DNA from: an uncultured Muriicola sp.
Lineage (GTDB): Bacteria > Bacteroidota > Bacteroidia > Flavobacteriales > Flavobacteriaceae
Length of the DNA stretch: 64,000 bases
Assembly: GCA_947259855.1 (NCBI GenBank)
Contig: CAMYNV010000008.1
Coordinates: forward strand, 63,688-127,687
Direction of reading: 5' to 3'
Shown: positions 8,914 through 18,908 of the stretch, piece by piece
How the letters are laid out: each line of letters opens with the position of its first letter
Position numbering within the stretch: position 1 is the first letter of the stretch
The notes under the pieces: generated by a model
Database searches by the model: none
What the model saw: only the letters and a program-made list of their open reading frames with translations
What the model was told of the DNA's origin: nothing
Program-made: the position numbers and the translations under genes

Positions 8914-10020
8914 TCAATTTAGCAGTGCGATTAATTCCTGTTGCTTTTTAAGAAGGCCCAGATCTTTGGGTTGCTCACAATCAAAGATTCTATGGCCAAA
9001 GTATGTATTCAATACACCCGATTTTTCAATATGCGGAATAAACTCAACCCTATCACCTACCAATACCTCCTTAAATAGAATTCCTATACTTGCCCCCTGC
9101 TCGTAACTAGCACTAATTTTGTGCGCATTCTTAATTATTACATCGAAATAGCATTTTTGATTTTCAGGAATAGAAAAATAATCTTCTTCCGTTTTGGCAT
9201 CTAAATTGTTAAATGCTATAACCTTAATCGCCTCCAATAAGGCAAGGAAAACAAACTTTCGTGTTTGCTCTCTATCATAGTCCTCCTGAAAATGCCCGGC
9301 TTCAAAAAGTACAGTCGGCGTGTTTAGCATTTGAAAAGTATCCCCAACGCAATTTCCATTAAATACATCGTCATAACGCCCAACCTGATTGGGTATAAGA
9401 GTCTGTATGAAATGATTTACAGCCGCAATGAGTTTCATACTAATTGCCCTGCTTTTCGAAATGTTCCGGTCTTTATCGGCCGCAGGTGCTAAAAATGAAA
9501 GCGTGGCGGGGAATGGGCGATGGCCTGCACTGAAAATACTCCGCTGATCATGAAGATTAAAACAAAAATCAGGCTTAAAATCCAAATATGTTTCGCGCAG
9601 GATTTGACTCTCCGGTTGAGAAAGATCCTGTGCATCTCTATTCAGATCTATTTCATTGGCATTTACCCGGGTGTATGCCTGCGCACCATCTGGGTTGAGC
9701 ATTGGAATAATTTTAAGGGTGCATTTATTTAATACAGCCTCCGAAGTACCACCACTTTGCACCAAAGCTTGTACGAGGTCGAAAACAGCTTTGGTGGTCG
9801 TAGATTCGTTGCCATGCATCTGTGACCACATCAGTATTTTTGTTTCACCCTTGCCAAGGGTAATTCCATGGATCGGCATTTCCAAAACCGAGTGTCCCAA
9901 GGTTTCAACTTTATGAGAAACCCCTATTTTATCTATCACAGGTTTTATCTTCTGATAGTTTACGTACCGACCAAGTAGAGATGTTTCTTTTATGCTTGCG
10001 TAAGGCTTGTCTTTGGTCAT
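8914..10020 (-). CDS. M14-family zinc carboxypeptidase / succinylglutamate desuccinylase-like protein
   Basis: WSQMHGNESTTTKA and NPDG...NRD motifs of the M14 zinc-binding core. The track start at 10041 is GTG; ATG at 10020 preferred. Confidence 0.7.
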   Translation of the reverse strand: MTKDKPYASIKETSLLGRYVNYQKIKPVIDKIGVSHKVETLGHSVLEMPIHGITLGKGETKILMWSQMHGNESTTTKAVFDLVQALVQSGGTSEAVLNKCTLKIIPMLNPDGAQAYTRVNANEIDLNRDAQDLSQPESQILRETYLDFKPDFCFNLHDQRSIFSAGHRPFPATLSFLAPAADKDRNISKSRAISMKLIAAVNHFIQTLIPNQVGRYDDVFNGNCVGDTFQMLNTPTVLFEAGHFQEDYDREQTRKFVFLALLEAIKVIAFNNLDAKTEEDYFSIPENQKCYFDVIIKNAHKISASYEQGASIGILFKEVLVGDRVEFIPHIEKSGVLNTYFGHRIFDCEQPKDLGLLKKQQELIALLN

Positions 10021-10042
10021 GGAGCACAGGGTGTTAATCACC

Positions 10043-10097
10043 TACAAAAGTAATTGCATTTTTAATTACAAATGTTATATATATTGTTACTTTTGTA
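10043..10097. repeat. Perfect 11-bp inverted repeat (TACAAAAGTAA / TTACTTTTGTA) with a 33-nt spacer
   Basis: 10043..10053 is the exact reverse complement of 10087..10097. A nested GTAATT/AATTAC palindrome lies at 10050..10069. Confidence 0.7.
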
Positions 10098-10098
10098 T

Positions 10099-10121
10099 AC
10101 ACCTATTTGGGGTGTTTTTTT
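10099..10121 (+). terminator. Orphan terminator-like hairpin plus T7 run on the plus strand
   Basis: ACACC-tatttgg-GGTGT followed by TTTTTT. No plus-strand gene lies upstream. Confidence 0.35.
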
Positions 10122-10292
10122 CTGAAAAATAAACAAATGTAAACAACATTTGAAAAAAATATAAATATTGTTGTAATAAGTTTATTATCAGTAATATATA
10201 ATATTACATTTAAAGTTTATATTGTAATATATTATAATTTTAAAGCAGCTTTTTTTATATTTTAGGCCCTCAAGATATAAATATATGTTACA

Positions 10293-10658
10293 ATGGTAAA
10301 CACAGAAGATTTTATACGCCGGTTTGAAAAAATTCTCAGCTATTACGGTCTTACCGCTTCCGCCTTTGCGGACAAAATCGGCGTGCAAAGATCCAGCATT
10401 TCCCACCTCCTCACCGGAAGAAATAAACCCAGTCTTGAATTTGTTATGCGGGTAGTTAAAACTTTTCCGGAGGTGAACCTATATTGGCTGCTGAATGGCA
10501 AGGGTGTTTTTCCTTCTAGAAAACAGGTCTCACCTACTCCTGAAAATGAGAAAACTCCTGCTAAAACAGACAACACAATTTCGAAATCCATTCAAAAAAT
10601 TATAGTACTCTATACTGATGGAAGTTTTGAATCCTATGATAAAATGGATTCTGAATAA
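10293..10658 (+). CDS. XRE-like helix-turn-helix protein
   Basis: 121 aa. LTASAFADKIGVQRSSISHLLTGRNKPSLEFVMRVVKTFPEVNLYWLLNGKG is an HTH_3-like motif. Paralog of the partial gene at 1..287. Confidence 0.7.
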   Translation: MVNTEDFIRRFEKILSYYGLTASAFADKIGVQRSSISHLLTGRNKPSLEFVMRVVKTFPEVNLYWLLNGKGVFPSRKQVSPTPENEKTPAKTDNTISKSIQKIIVLYTDGSFESYDKMDSE

Positions 10659-10720
10659 AATAGCACGTTCTGCCTTGTAATAATTTATTAAAAATGACCA
10701 TAATTTGTTACTTTGCAGTT

Positions 10721-11098
10721 ATGAAGGTTACCGGTATACTCGTTTTCCTGTTATTTTTCAGTATTGCTTCGTGTTACACGCCTCAAAGAGCCTGTAAAGA
10801 CTTTAAAGATGGGCAATTTAGCTTCACTGCACTAATTGACGGCAAAGAAAAAACCACCAGGTTTATCAGGTTTGGCGATACGGAGATCGACTTTTTTGAA
10901 GGCAAAAGTGATACCTCAACCATACGCTGGATCAATGATTGTGAATATATCGTAAAAAAGACCAATCCGAGTACACGGTCGGAAGAGAAATCGATCCATA
11001 TGAAAATACTTACTACAACAGATAGTAGCTATACTTTTGAATATGGCATAGTTGGCAGTAGTAAGAAATCGCATGGAACCGCAATTAAAGTTAACTGA
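10721..11098 (+). CDS. Small lipoprotein, unknown function
   Basis: MKVTGILVFLLFFSIASCYTP signal/lipobox starting at the ATG at 10721 (track start 10694 is upstream). Confidence 0.6.
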   Translation: MKVTGILVFLLFFSIASCYTPQRACKDFKDGQFSFTALIDGKEKTTRFIRFGDTEIDFFEGKSDTSTIRWINDCEYIVKKTNPSTRSEEKSIHMKILTTTDSSYTFEYGIVGSSKKSHGTAIKVN

Positions 11099-11100
11099 TT

Positions 11101-11934
11101 ATGTTTGAAATCCTTTCGAGTCCGGATGCATGGGTTGCTTTATTGACCCTGACTTTTTTAGAAATTGTATTGGGTATAGATAATATTGTATTTATTACCA
11201 TTGCGGCCAATAAATTACCGGAGAAAGATCAGAAGAAAGCTACAAATTGGGGGCTACTCCTGGCCATGGTACAGCGAATAATCCTATTATTTGCCGTTTC
11301 CCTTTTAATTGGACTGAAGAACCCGTTTTACTATGTTGAAACTTCCTGGTTAACAGCAGGCATAAGCGGACAAGCTATTATTCTCCTTCTTGGCGGCTTA
11401 TTTTTACTATACAAGAGCACCTCTGAAATACACGAAAAAGTAGAATTACCTGAACATGATGAAGACGCCATCAAAGCAAAGAACATAACCACCCTCTCCA
11501 AGGCAATAGTACAAATTGTAATTATAGATTTTATTTTTTCCATTGATTCCATTTTAACGGCCGTGGGTATGACCAGCGGGATAGGCGATCACCCTAATGA
11601 CGCCCTTGTGCTTATGGTCATTGCGGTAGTCATTTCTATTATAATTATGATGGTTTTTGCGAATACTATCCGAATCTTTATAAGCAAGCACCCTTCCATG
11701 CAGTTGCTGGCCCTCTCCTTCCTGATTTTGATTGGATTTATGCTGATTGCGGAAGCAGCGCACTTGAGTCATGCTAAAATCTTCGGATCGGAAATTGGTG
11801 CCATTCCCAAAGGGTATTTATATTTTGCCATTACCTTTTCACTGTTGGTAGAATTTCTGAATATGAAGTACCGAAAAAAGGAAGAAATTATTGAAGAAAT
11901 TATGGAAGAGGAAAATGAAAAAAATGAGCCTTAA
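11101..11934 (+). CDS. TerC-family integral membrane protein
   Basis: 277 aa. LEIVLGIDNIVFI and SIDSILTAVGM repeats characteristic of TerC/Alx. Acidic tail. Confidence 0.8.
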   Translation: MFEILSSPDAWVALLTLTFLEIVLGIDNIVFITIAANKLPEKDQKKATNWGLLLAMVQRIILLFAVSLLIGLKNPFYYVETSWLTAGISGQAIILLLGGLFLLYKSTSEIHEKVELPEHDEDAIKAKNITTLSKAIVQIVIIDFIFSIDSILTAVGMTSGIGDHPNDALVLMVIAVVISIIIMMVFANTIRIFISKHPSMQLLALSFLILIGFMLIAEAAHLSHAKIFGSEIGAIPKGYLYFAITFSLLVEFLNMKYRKKEEIIEEIMEEENEKNEP

Positions 11935-11959
11935 ATTCTGCTTTTTGTTCTAATGTTAC

Positions 11960-12916
11960 TTAGTTAGGCCTGGTATATTCCACATCGGGATTAATCAGCT
12001 TTTCTTCACGGAATTTACGCTGTTGCTGCTTTACCGTCAGCGTACTTCCATCGGGACTCCAGCCAGGGGGTCCAAAAACATACTTAAAGGCGTGTAAGAT
12101 ATTTTTTGAGCTTCTAACATCGGACCAAATGTCCTTAAATTCATGGGTTAGGATCACAATCGGATTATAGGAATGGGGAGCATGGATTACCCCGTACTTC
12201 ACGTCCAAATCATCATCCAATTCTTTCCATGTACCGAATATCTTATCAAATATATTTAGAAAACCCCCATGGTTCTTGTCCAGATATTCCACGTTTTGAG
12301 CATGATGAACCTGATGCATGGTATGCGTATTAAAAATCTTTTCCAGGAACCCTAGCTTTGGAATATAAACGGAATGGAGTTGAAACTGCCATAGTGCCTC
12401 TATTCCAAGGCAAACTACGACCATCTCGGGTGGAAATCCCAGTGCAGGCATCCACATGTAAAAAAAGGGCTTATACAAAATGGTGAACCAACCATTCCTT
12501 ACGGCAGTACCCAAATTGAAATTATCGGAAGAGTGATGAACGATATGAGCCGCCCACAAAATGCGAACCTCATGATTGGCCCTATGGAACCAATAATAGG
12601 TAAAATCATCTGCTAACTGACAAAGAAGCCATACGTACCATACGTAACCAAAGGACTGGTATCCCATGATATTCTGCCGTACCCCATCCACCATTGGATT
12701 AAAAAATTCAAAGGTGAATTCAAAAAGAACGATAGCAAATACAACCTTGAATAAAGGTCCTATTAGTGCGGAACCCACCCCCATAAAACCACTGGCAAAC
12801 AAATCCTTCCATTCGTATAAATGGTCATCGCCATGTGTTTTACTATAGGTAAGTTCCAGTAAAATAAATGCAATAAAACAGGGGACGCCGTACACCAGCG
12901 GGTTTGTGAAATCCAT
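11960..12916 (-). CDS. Sterol desaturase / fatty acid hydroxylase family membrane protein
   Basis: His boxes HRANHEVRILWAAHIVHHSS and HQVHHAQ of the di-iron membrane hydroxylase superfamily. Confidence 0.8.
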   Translation of the reverse strand: MDFTNPLVYGVPCFIAFILLELTYSKTHGDDHLYEWKDLFASGFMGVGSALIGPLFKVVFAIVLFEFTFEFFNPMVDGVRQNIMGYQSFGYVWYVWLLCQLADDFTYYWFHRANHEVRILWAAHIVHHSSDNFNLGTAVRNGWFTILYKPFFYMWMPALGFPPEMVVVCLGIEALWQFQLHSVYIPKLGFLEKIFNTHTMHQVHHAQNVEYLDKNHGGFLNIFDKIFGTWKELDDDLDVKYGVIHAPHSYNPIVILTHEFKDIWSDVRSSKNILHAFKYVFGPPGWSPDGSTLTVKQQQRKFREEKLINPDVEYTRPN

Positions 12917-13045
12917 AAAAAGGTACTAAACTAAAAAAATATTAAGGCAGTATTTAAAAGTTAATATCGAAGCCGTTTCATACAAAGCTACCGCTATTAT
13001 AATAAGCAAACGATTAATTATAAAATTTTTGTGAAATGAATTTGA

Positions 13046-15700
13046 TCAGAATAACGCTGTTTGTCCTTCTTTATCATCATCATCCCCTTTGGATTTGGAA
13101 TTAGGTTTTGGTTTTTTATTTTCTTTAGTGGGTTCAACATTTTCTTCATCCACTACTTCTATATCTATTGCCTCGTGCTTCTCGGGTTCATCATAGGGCA
13201 ATGGCTCCAACGCATTAATTTCCAATACCTTTTCCTTGGTCAATTGGTTCCCCATTGCGGTGATTCCCTTAATACCAATGAATTCTTCTAAATTGATGGA
13301 AAGGTTATCCTTGCGTTCCTGGCCTCGTTTTTTGGAGAAAGCAATTTGAGCCATGGGTCGGAAGTCGGTAAAAATCTTTTCCAGGTACGATTTAGGGTGA
13401 GCTGTTATTATGGTCTCTTCCTTATCAGGATTCTCAATTAAAAAGCGCTTTACATAGAATAATTCTTTGTCTCCTTCCCAATAAATGGCCGTAATCGGTT
13501 TTTTGGGATTCCACTTTTCTAAAACAATCATATCACTATCGAAACGCATAATCAGATCAGGGATAACTGTCTTTACAACCCCTTTCTGATTAATGATCAA
13601 TAAGCGATCGTCACTGGTAAAATCGCCCAGCAACTCGCCTCTTCCATCTACATTCAACCGCTGAATCGTATCATCAAACCAAATTTTTCTGGGTTTCAGG
13701 GTAGACAACCCCTTCTCCTTCAATTCAACACGCTTCACTGAATATTTGGTCACAATATTACCCTTAGAACCTCTCCCCTTTATCATTACATCCGCAAAAT
13801 CGAGGTCCCACTTCAATTTTTTAATACTGCCTGCCTGCCTTAAATTGATGGTTACCACTTCTGCTTCTCCATTCGGGTTTGCAGAAAAGTAGAGTACGTC
13901 GGAACTGGCTTTCCCGGCAGTAAGATCGTACATCTTATCCCGGGTTATTCCTGTTACGTTAAATCGTTTTACATAACTAGCGCCTCCTCTGCCATCCTTA
14001 TAGATCATATTATAGGTGGTTCGCTTGTCCTTTTTCTTAAAAACAGCCACATGAATGATGTTCTTTTCTACAAAAGTCTTTGAGTCGACTCTGGTGATCA
14101 TCATTCGGCCACTCTTCGTAAACACTATAATATCGTCGATATCACTGCAGTCTGTTACATATTCATCTCGTTTCAATGAGGTTCCAACGAAGCCTTCTTC
14201 ACGATTTACAAAAAGTTTTGTATTTCGGATAACTACTTTTGTAGCTTCTATATCATCAAAGATCCTGATCTCTGATTTCCGCTCCCTGCCCTTGCCATAT
14301 TTCTTTTTTAAACCTTTAAAATATTCGATGGCAAAATCGATAAGATGCGCTAAATGATTTTTGGTCTCCGCAATTTTATCTTCCAGGCTATCTATTAACT
14401 GCTGTGCTTTGCCAATATCGAACTTGGAAATCCTTTTGATACGGATCTCGGTTAATCGTACGATATCCTCCTCAGTAATGGCCCTTTTCAAATGTTTTAT
14501 ATGGGGTTGCAAACCCTTGTCAATAGCCCTGATAACCCCTTCCCAGGTATCCTCCTCTTCAATATCACGGTAAATCCTATTTTCAATAAAAATGCGCTCC
14601 AGCGAAGCAAAATGCCATTGTTCCTCCAACTCACCCAACTGCAATTCTAATTCAGCCTTAAGCAGTTCCACTGTATAATCAGTAGAACGTATCAACATTT
14701 CCTGAACCCCAATAAACAAGGGCTTATTGTCTTCTATAATGCAACTCAATGGGGATATTGAAGATTCACAAGCCGTAAAGGCATACAGCGCATCAATAGT
14801 TTTATCAGGAGAAATGCCGCCTGGAAGATGTATTAAAATCTCAACATCTGCCGCTGTATTGTCTTCAATTTTTTTGATTTTGATCTTTCCTTTATCATTG
14901 GCCTTGAGAATCGAATCTATTAAAGAGGAAGTATTGGTCCCGTGGGGGATCTCATTGATAACAAGGGTGTTTTTGTCTAGTTGTGAGATCTTGGCCCGCA
15001 CTCGGATCTTACCCCCCCGTAAACCTTCATTGTAATTGGTAACGTCAATGATTCCTGCTGTTGGAAAGTCAGGATAAAGTTTAAATCGTTGGCCTTTTAA
15101 ATGCTTAATGGACGCATCTATGAGTTCATTGAAATTATGAGGAAGGATCTTGGTTGAAAGTCCAACTGCAATTCCTTCTGCACCCTGCGCCAACAAAAGT
15201 GGGAACTTAACCGGAAGGTTTACCGGTTCTTTTTTTCTGCCATCGTAAGAAAGCTGCCATTCTGTTATCTTGGGGCTAAAAACAACCTCCAGTGCAAATT
15301 TGGATAGTCGGGCCTCGATATATCTGGATGCCGCAGCTCTGTCACCTGTTAAAATATTCCCCCAGTTTCCCTGGGTATCTATAAGCAGGTCTTTTTGGCC
15401 AATCTGGACCATGGCGTCTGCAATACTGGCATCGCCATGTGGATGGTATTGCATGGTATGTCCTACCACATTGGCCACTTTATTGTAGCGCCCATCATCC
15501 AATTCTTTTAGGGCGTGCATTATTCTCCGCTGTACCGGTTTAAAGCCGTCTTCAATAGCCGGCACCGCCCGTTCCAAAATTACGTAAGAAGCATAGTCCA
15601 GGAACCAATCCTTATACATTCCCGTAACTTTGGTAAGTGCATCCTGTTGTCCTTCCTGGCCCTCTTCGTGTGCTAAATTCTCTGCTTCATGTTCTTCCAT
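13046..15700 (-). CDS. parC: DNA topoisomerase IV subunit A (GyrA/ParC family)
   Basis: 884 aa. AVPAIEDGFKPVQRRIMH, active-site region AASRYIEARL. Directly downstream of the subunit B gene. Confidence 0.9.
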   Translation of the reverse strand: MEEHEAENLAHEEGQEGQQDALTKVTGMYKDWFLDYASYVILERAVPAIEDGFKPVQRRIMHALKELDDGRYNKVANVVGHTMQYHPHGDASIADAMVQIGQKDLLIDTQGNWGNILTGDRAAASRYIEARLSKFALEVVFSPKITEWQLSYDGRKKEPVNLPVKFPLLLAQGAEGIAVGLSTKILPHNFNELIDASIKHLKGQRFKLYPDFPTAGIIDVTNYNEGLRGGKIRVRAKISQLDKNTLVINEIPHGTNTSSLIDSILKANDKGKIKIKKIEDNTAADVEILIHLPGGISPDKTIDALYAFTACESSISPLSCIIEDNKPLFIGVQEMLIRSTDYTVELLKAELELQLGELEEQWHFASLERIFIENRIYRDIEEEDTWEGVIRAIDKGLQPHIKHLKRAITEEDIVRLTEIRIKRISKFDIGKAQQLIDSLEDKIAETKNHLAHLIDFAIEYFKGLKKKYGKGRERKSEIRIFDDIEATKVVIRNTKLFVNREEGFVGTSLKRDEYVTDCSDIDDIIVFTKSGRMMITRVDSKTFVEKNIIHVAVFKKKDKRTTYNMIYKDGRGGASYVKRFNVTGITRDKMYDLTAGKASSDVLYFSANPNGEAEVVTINLRQAGSIKKLKWDLDFADVMIKGRGSKGNIVTKYSVKRVELKEKGLSTLKPRKIWFDDTIQRLNVDGRGELLGDFTSDDRLLIINQKGVVKTVIPDLIMRFDSDMIVLEKWNPKKPITAIYWEGDKELFYVKRFLIENPDKEETIITAHPKSYLEKIFTDFRPMAQIAFSKKRGQERKDNLSINLEEFIGIKGITAMGNQLTKEKVLEINALEPLPYDEPEKHEAIDIEVVDEENVEPTKENKKPKPNSKSKGDDDDKEGQTALF

Positions 15701-15731
15701 ATAGAAAGACTCGTATATTATTGGTTTTTAG

Positions 15732-17585
15732 TTATTCTTGCTCTACTAGATCAACTTCTACTTTAAGATTATTTATAATGAATTCCTGACGATCCGGCGT
15801 GTTCTTGCCCATATAGAATTTAAGCAGTTCTTCAATCGACAATGCCTTATCGAGCATTATGGGTTCGAGCCGAATATCATCGCCAATAAAATGTTTGAAT
15901 TCATCCGGGGAAATTTCGCCCAATCCTTTAAACCTCGTGATCTCCGGTTTCCCTGTCAGCTTTTGTATGGCCACTTTCTTTTCATCCTCACTGTAGCAAT
16001 AAATAGTTTCCTTTTTATTCCGGACTCTAAACAAAGGTGTTTGCAATATGTACAGATGGTTCTCCTTGATCAATTCAGGAAAGAATTGCAGGAAAAACGT
16101 AATTAACAATAACCTGATGTGCATCCCGTCTACGTCGGCATCTGTGGCAATAACGATATTGTTATATCGCAGGTCTTCCATAGACTCCTCAATATTCAAG
16201 GCAGCCTGAAGCAAGTTGAACTCTTCATTTTCGTATACGATCTTCTTAGACATCCCATACGAATTCAGAGGCTTGCCCCGGAGGCTAAAAACAGCCTGAG
16301 TATTCACATCCCTCGATTTTGTGATCGACCCTGAAGCTGAATCACCCTCTGTTATAAAGAGCGTGCTCTCCAGTCTTCTTTCGTTCTTCATGTCGGCTAA
16401 ATGAACCCTGCAATCCCGTAATTTTTTATTGTGAAGACTGGCTTTCTTGGCCCTCTCCTTCGCTAATTTGCGAATGCCCGACAGTTCTTTACGTTCCCGT
16501 TCGGCCATCATGATCTTCCGCTGAATCTTTTCTGCCGTTTCCGGGTTCTTGTGAAGGTAATTATCTAACTGCTTGCCTACAAAATCGTTGATATAGGTTC
16601 GTACCGTTGGTAATTCGCCCCCCATATCCGTAGACCCCAGTTTGGTTTTGGTCTGACTTTCAAAAACCGGTTCCATGACTTTGATGGAAATAGCCGAAAT
16701 TATGGATTTTCTCACGTCTGAAGGGTCGTAGTTCTTACCGTAAAAATCCCGTATGGTCCTAACGAGAGCCTCTCTAAAGGCCGATTGATGTGTACCTCCC
16801 TGGGTGGTATGCTGTCCATTCACAAATGAGTGGTATTCCTCACTATATTGGGTCTTACTATGGGTAATGGCAACCTCAATATCTTCTCCTCTGAGATGAA
16901 TAATGGGATACAGCAGATCATCCACACTGTTATTATCTTCCAAAAGATCCTTCAATCCATTTTCAGAATAGAATTTTTCGCCATTAAAAAGTATGGTAAG
17001 GCCCGGGTTAAGGTATACGTAGTTCCTGAGCATACGCTCTACATACTCGTTACGGTACTTATATTTTTTAAAAATGGATTCGTCTGGCGTAAACGTTACT
17101 TTGGTACCACGCCTTCTTGAGGTTTCCTCGAGTAGTTCCTCATTGATAAGATTCCCGGTTTCAAATTCAGCAGATTTGGATTTTCCGTCACGTGTAGATT
17201 CAACCCTGAAGTAAGAAGAAAGGGCATTAACAGCCTTGGTACCTACCCCGTTAAGCCCTACCGATTTCTTAAAAGCACGGGTATCGTATTTGCCTCCGGT
17301 ATTCATCTTCGACACTACATCTACAAGCTTTCCAAGAGGGATTCCCCTTCCGAAGTCGCGCACAATTACCTTATCGCCAGGAATTGAAATCTCAATGGTT
17401 TTACCGGCACCCATAACGAATTCATCGATACAATTATCGATCGTTTCCTTTAACAAGATATAGATACCATCATCCGCAGAAGAACCATCTCCCAGTTTGC
17501 CAATATACATTCCGGGACGCATGCGAATATGCTCCTTCCAATCAAGAGACCGTATGTTGTCTTCCGTATATTGTGTTTGCGCCAT
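15732..17585 (-). CDS. parE: DNA topoisomerase IV subunit B (GyrB/ParE family)
   Basis: GHKL ATPase N-terminus (RMRPGMYIG) and Toprim EGDSA motif ([12 protein letters not shown]). ATG at 17585 preferred over the track start at 17633. Confidence 0.9.
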   Translation of the reverse strand: MAQTQYTEDNIRSLDWKEHIRMRPGMYIGKLGDGSSADDGIYILLKETIDNCIDEFVMGAGKTIEISIPGDKVIVRDFGRGIPLGKLVDVVSKMNTGGKYDTRAFKKSVGLNGVGTKAVNALSSYFRVESTRDGKSKSAEFETGNLINEELLEETSRRRGTKVTFTPDESIFKKYKYRNEYVERMLRNYVYLNPGLTILFNGEKFYSENGLKDLLEDNNSVDDLLYPIIHLRGEDIEVAITHSKTQYSEEYHSFVNGQHTTQGGTHQSAFREALVRTIRDFYGKNYDPSDVRKSIISAISIKVMEPVFESQTKTKLGSTDMGGELPTVRTYINDFVGKQLDNYLHKNPETAEKIQRKIMMAERERKELSGIRKLAKERAKKASLHNKKLRDCRVHLADMKNERRLESTLFITEGDSASGSITKSRDVNTQAVFSLRGKPLNSYGMSKKIVYENEEFNLLQAALNIEESMEDLRYNNIVIATDADVDGMHIRLLLITFFLQFFPELIKENHLYILQTPLFRVRNKKETIYCYSEDEKKVAIQKLTGKPEITRFKGLGEISPDEFKHFIGDDIRLEPIMLDKALSIEELLKFYMGKNTPDRQEFIINNLKVEVDLVEQE

Positions 17586-17730
17586 ATATTTGGGGTATAC
17601 CCTGCTAATATAAAATTTCAAGGCAGAAATCAAAGGGCACCTAAAAGAAAGTAATTAACAATAACCCGCGGTAATTGTTAATAGTCCCACGCTGGGTACG
17701 ATGTGACGTCTATATGCAAGAATGAACTCT

Positions 17731-18825
17731 TTATACGTTAAATCTGAAGTGCATTACATCGCCATCCTTCACCACATATTCTTTTCCTTCCACTCTCATT
17801 TTTCCAGCTTCCTTCACCTTCACCTCACTACCAAAGGTAACATAATCATCGTAAGAAATAACTTCGACACGTATAAAACCTTTTTCAAAATCGGTATGAA
17901 TTACCCCTGCTGCTTGCGGCGCCGTTGCCCCAACGGGAATGGTCCACGCCCTTACTTCCTTAACTCCTGCAGTAAAATAGGTGTGTAAATTCAGTAAATG
18001 ATAGGCAGCGCGGATTAATTTCGATGAACCAGGCTCCTTTAAGCCGAGATCTTCAAGGAACATTTGCCGTTCTTCATAGGTCTCCAATTCATTGATATCT
18101 GCCTCGGTGCCCACTGCCAATACAAGAACTTCGGCCTTTTCGTTGGCAACAGCCTCCTTTACCTTATCCACATAGGCGTTTCCTTCCACCGCAGATGCTT
18201 CATCCACATTGCAAACATAAAGTACAGGCTTATCTGTAATTAGTTGCAACGGGGATACAAATTCCTTTCGGTCGGCTCCATCAATTTCTATAGCCCGCAC
18301 AGAGATACCTGCTTCCAGTTCTTCCTTTAGCTTAACCAAAACTGCCTCTTCTTTTTGCGCCTCTTTATTTCCGGTTTTTGCAGCACGCTTTACCTTGTCC
18401 AATTTTTTTTCGACACTTTCCAGATCTTTTAACTGCAACTCCATATCAATGGTCTCCTTATCCCGGATGGGATCTATCGATCCGTCTACATGCACTACAT
18501 TGTCATCATCAAAACAGCGCAATACGTGAAGGATAGCATCGGTTTCCCTGATATTGCCCAAAAACTGGTTCCCCAATCCTTCCCCTTTACTGGCGCCTTT
18601 TACAAGACCGGCAATATCCACGATTTCCACTGTAGCTGGCAATACCCGTTCAGGGTGTACCAGGGATTCTAATTTTTCGAGCCTGGGGTCCGGGACATTA
18701 ACTACCCCAATATTAGGCTCAATGGTACAAAATGGGAAGTTTGCACTTTGTGCTTTGGCGTTGGATAAACAATTAAATAAGGTCGATTTGCCTACGTTGG
18801 GCAACCCAACTATTCCTGCTTTCAT
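17731..18825 (-). CDS. ychF: Ribosome-binding / redox-regulated ATPase YchF
   Basis: 364 aa. GIVGLPNVGKSTLFN P-loop and C-terminal TGS-like domain ending DGDVMHFRFNV. Confidence 0.95.
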   Translation of the reverse strand: MKAGIVGLPNVGKSTLFNCLSNAKAQSANFPFCTIEPNIGVVNVPDPRLEKLESLVHPERVLPATVEIVDIAGLVKGASKGEGLGNQFLGNIRETDAILHVLRCFDDDNVVHVDGSIDPIRDKETIDMELQLKDLESVEKKLDKVKRAAKTGNKEAQKEEAVLVKLKEELEAGISVRAIEIDGADRKEFVSPLQLITDKPVLYVCNVDEASAVEGNAYVDKVKEAVANEKAEVLVLAVGTEADINELETYEERQMFLEDLGLKEPGSSKLIRAAYHLLNLHTYFTAGVKEVRAWTIPVGATAPQAAGVIHTDFEKGFIRVEVISYDDYVTFGSEVKVKEAGKMRVEGKEYVVKDGDVMHFRFNV

Positions 18826-18908
18826 TCGTATGACTCTTTAATGAGGCTGCAAATATACTTTTTACCTGTATATTTATTGTACTAAATTAAATATAGAGAT
18901 CCTTTTAA

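Noticed and set aside
10188-10406. 72-aa minus-strand ORF spanning the AT-rich spacer and the start of the HTH gene, plus 10343..10591.
   Set aside because: The translation is dominated by AT-rich codon repeats (IIIYYNINFKCNIIYY), and the ORF overlaps a well-supported HTH gene on the other strand.
13061-17463. Many 60-100-aa plus-strand ORFs inside parC and parE (for example 13061..13291, 14055..14357, 14727..15035, 16830..17120, 17236..17463).
   Set aside because: All lie antisense within long, motif-verified topoisomerase IV genes. Their translations are low-complexity (Ser/Ile/Phe-rich) mirror-frame artefacts.
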